A DNA stretch of 63,319 bases, the filler included, from Octopus bimaculoides (Eukaryota): NCBI RefSeq assembly GCF_001194135.2. It is 7 parts of 7 records of this genome, joined end to end, with 100 filler letters (N's around TTAATTAATTAA, not from the genome) between each part and the next. Parts side by side here need not be neighbours in the genome. Positions count along the whole stretch, not along the records: positions 61,125 to 63,319 come from NC_068998.1; 6 more parts are not named here. One strand, 5' to 3'. Below the pieces are notes generated by a model. The model saw only the letters and a list, made by a program, of their open reading frames with translations, was not told the origin of the DNA and ran no database searches. The translations under genes were made by a program, and so were the position numbers. This document shows, piece after piece, positions 62,100-63,319 of the stretch (positions are counted from its first letter, which is position 1; each line of letters begins with the position of its first letter).

Positions 62100-63280
62100 C
62101 AAACGAGCAAGATCTCCGGCTTCGCAATGTAGGTATGTTATTACGGAAAATGCTTCTCCGAGAGAGCTATCTAAATAAATACTAGAGGGTCTCTTCCTCA
62201 CAGCTGCTGAATGATCATTGACACTACTAAGTTCATCCGCCATTTTTTTTTTCGTTCTGCACCCTCCTTGCAAATCAGGCTTGGTAGGGTTGCTGGTTCA
62301 GTCGCCGACGGTCCGACCATGTGACAGGTTGTACTGGATGACATGTTATCAGTAGCATTAAGAGTGACTTGATACATTCATGCTTGTAGAACTTTGTAAA
62401 CAAGCCTGTATTCTCTTTCGTTAGGCAGGCTCAAGGTGTGAAAGTATTTTTGTTGCTTTTGGTATTATTAGATATAATCATTTTGCTTTCACAATGTAAA
62501 GTTCAAAGGTACAACGCCCAGTTTAGATCTAGCGAAACGTCTACAAAATCAACTGTTGACAGTTTGGTAATAACTGTGATTTTGAAGCCTAATTGACTAA
62601 AGGCAGTGGTTAGCTTTTTTCTTAAATTGATCAAGAGTGTGAGCATCACAACCATAGGAAATTCCCAATCCATTGCCTCGATATAGACCAGCATCGAGGG
62701 ATGAGAACCTCGATTTCAATGTAAGAGATCTACTAGATCACAGATGTCAATACTGCCATACGATCCATTCGATACACCGGACAATTCATCTGTTACTGGA
62801 TGTTTTAACCAACGCAGAGCCCTTACTAAATAGAAGTATTTTTCTCGAAGGAACGATAAAGTCTAGGTCTATATGGTCTATATCTTTGCAAACTCAATCG
62901 CCTTATCAAGCAGCGATCTCGATTTAGAGGGATAAAAATCTATAATATCGAACTGTTTAAATCTAGCCCTATGGTTATCCCTTAAATTCTTGAACCATAT
63001 TATTACAGAATTGTTATTATCCCATTGTTTTAGCATAGTGGTCTCTCTGATTTTGATATTATTTTAGTAATTTTTTGGCTACTAACCTGATTCCAGTTCT
63101 AGCCAGATTTCATAATCTATAAATGGCCTCATTACTGCAATTAGGTTCTTTTTAGACATTCTCAAGTTTCTAATATCAGATTTTAGTTTGGCTTGAAAGG
63201 AGTTACGGTACTTATAATTTAATATTGGTAATTAAATCAAGGAGGTCTCCCTCAAAATAGGTTAAATCATTTATCCTGAG
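62100..63280 (-). pseudogene. Penelope-like element reverse transcriptase, decayed
   Basis: Minus strand: DLTYFEGDLLDLITNIK..NSFQAKLKSDIRN; LKQWDNNNSVIIWFKNLRDNHRARFKQFDIIDFYPSKSRSLLDKAIEFAK (from 63033); DAGLYRGNGL (62695-62666; YRDD decayed); FKITVITKLSTVDFVDVSLDLN. These are PLE RT motifs, with several stops and frameshifts. Confidence 0.85.

Positions 63281-63319
<39 letters not shown>

Overview
This is eukaryotic, repeat-dominated, largely non-coding DNA from a gapped draft assembly. It has about 15 N-gaps, six of them 100-bp placeholders carrying a TTAATTAATTAA filler. The very dense (TA)n/(CA)n/(TACA)n/(AAT)n microsatellites and the tRNA-headed SINE families are most consistent with an octopus (coleoid cephalopod) genome; this is inference from recalled repeat families, with no database search. 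No host protein-coding gene can be supported: nearly all supplied ORFs are microsatellite, satellite or gap artefacts, and only one weak candidate exon was found. The content falls into four groups. (1) Several SINE families with many copies each, labelled A-H here as working names only. (2) Decayed coding remnants of RTE LINEs, R4/Dong-type restriction-like-endonuclease LINEs, Tc1 and mariner transposases and a Penelope-like reverse transcriptase. (3) A non-autonomous Helitron with intact ends, plus MITEs. (4) A ~7.9-kb CpG-dense (CGTT/CGTA) satellite with ~1.1-1.5-kb higher-order units. The most interesting signals are hammerhead-ribozyme motifs. One is a core-intact type I hammerhead inside a ~319-bp terminally redundant, retrozyme-like unit (50853-51197). 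The other is a head-to-head inverted pair of tRNA-headed elements, each ending in a Penelope-type minimal hammerhead (57450-57950). A decayed Penelope-like RT lies nearby. Most element boundaries are approximate (about +/-10-20 bp).
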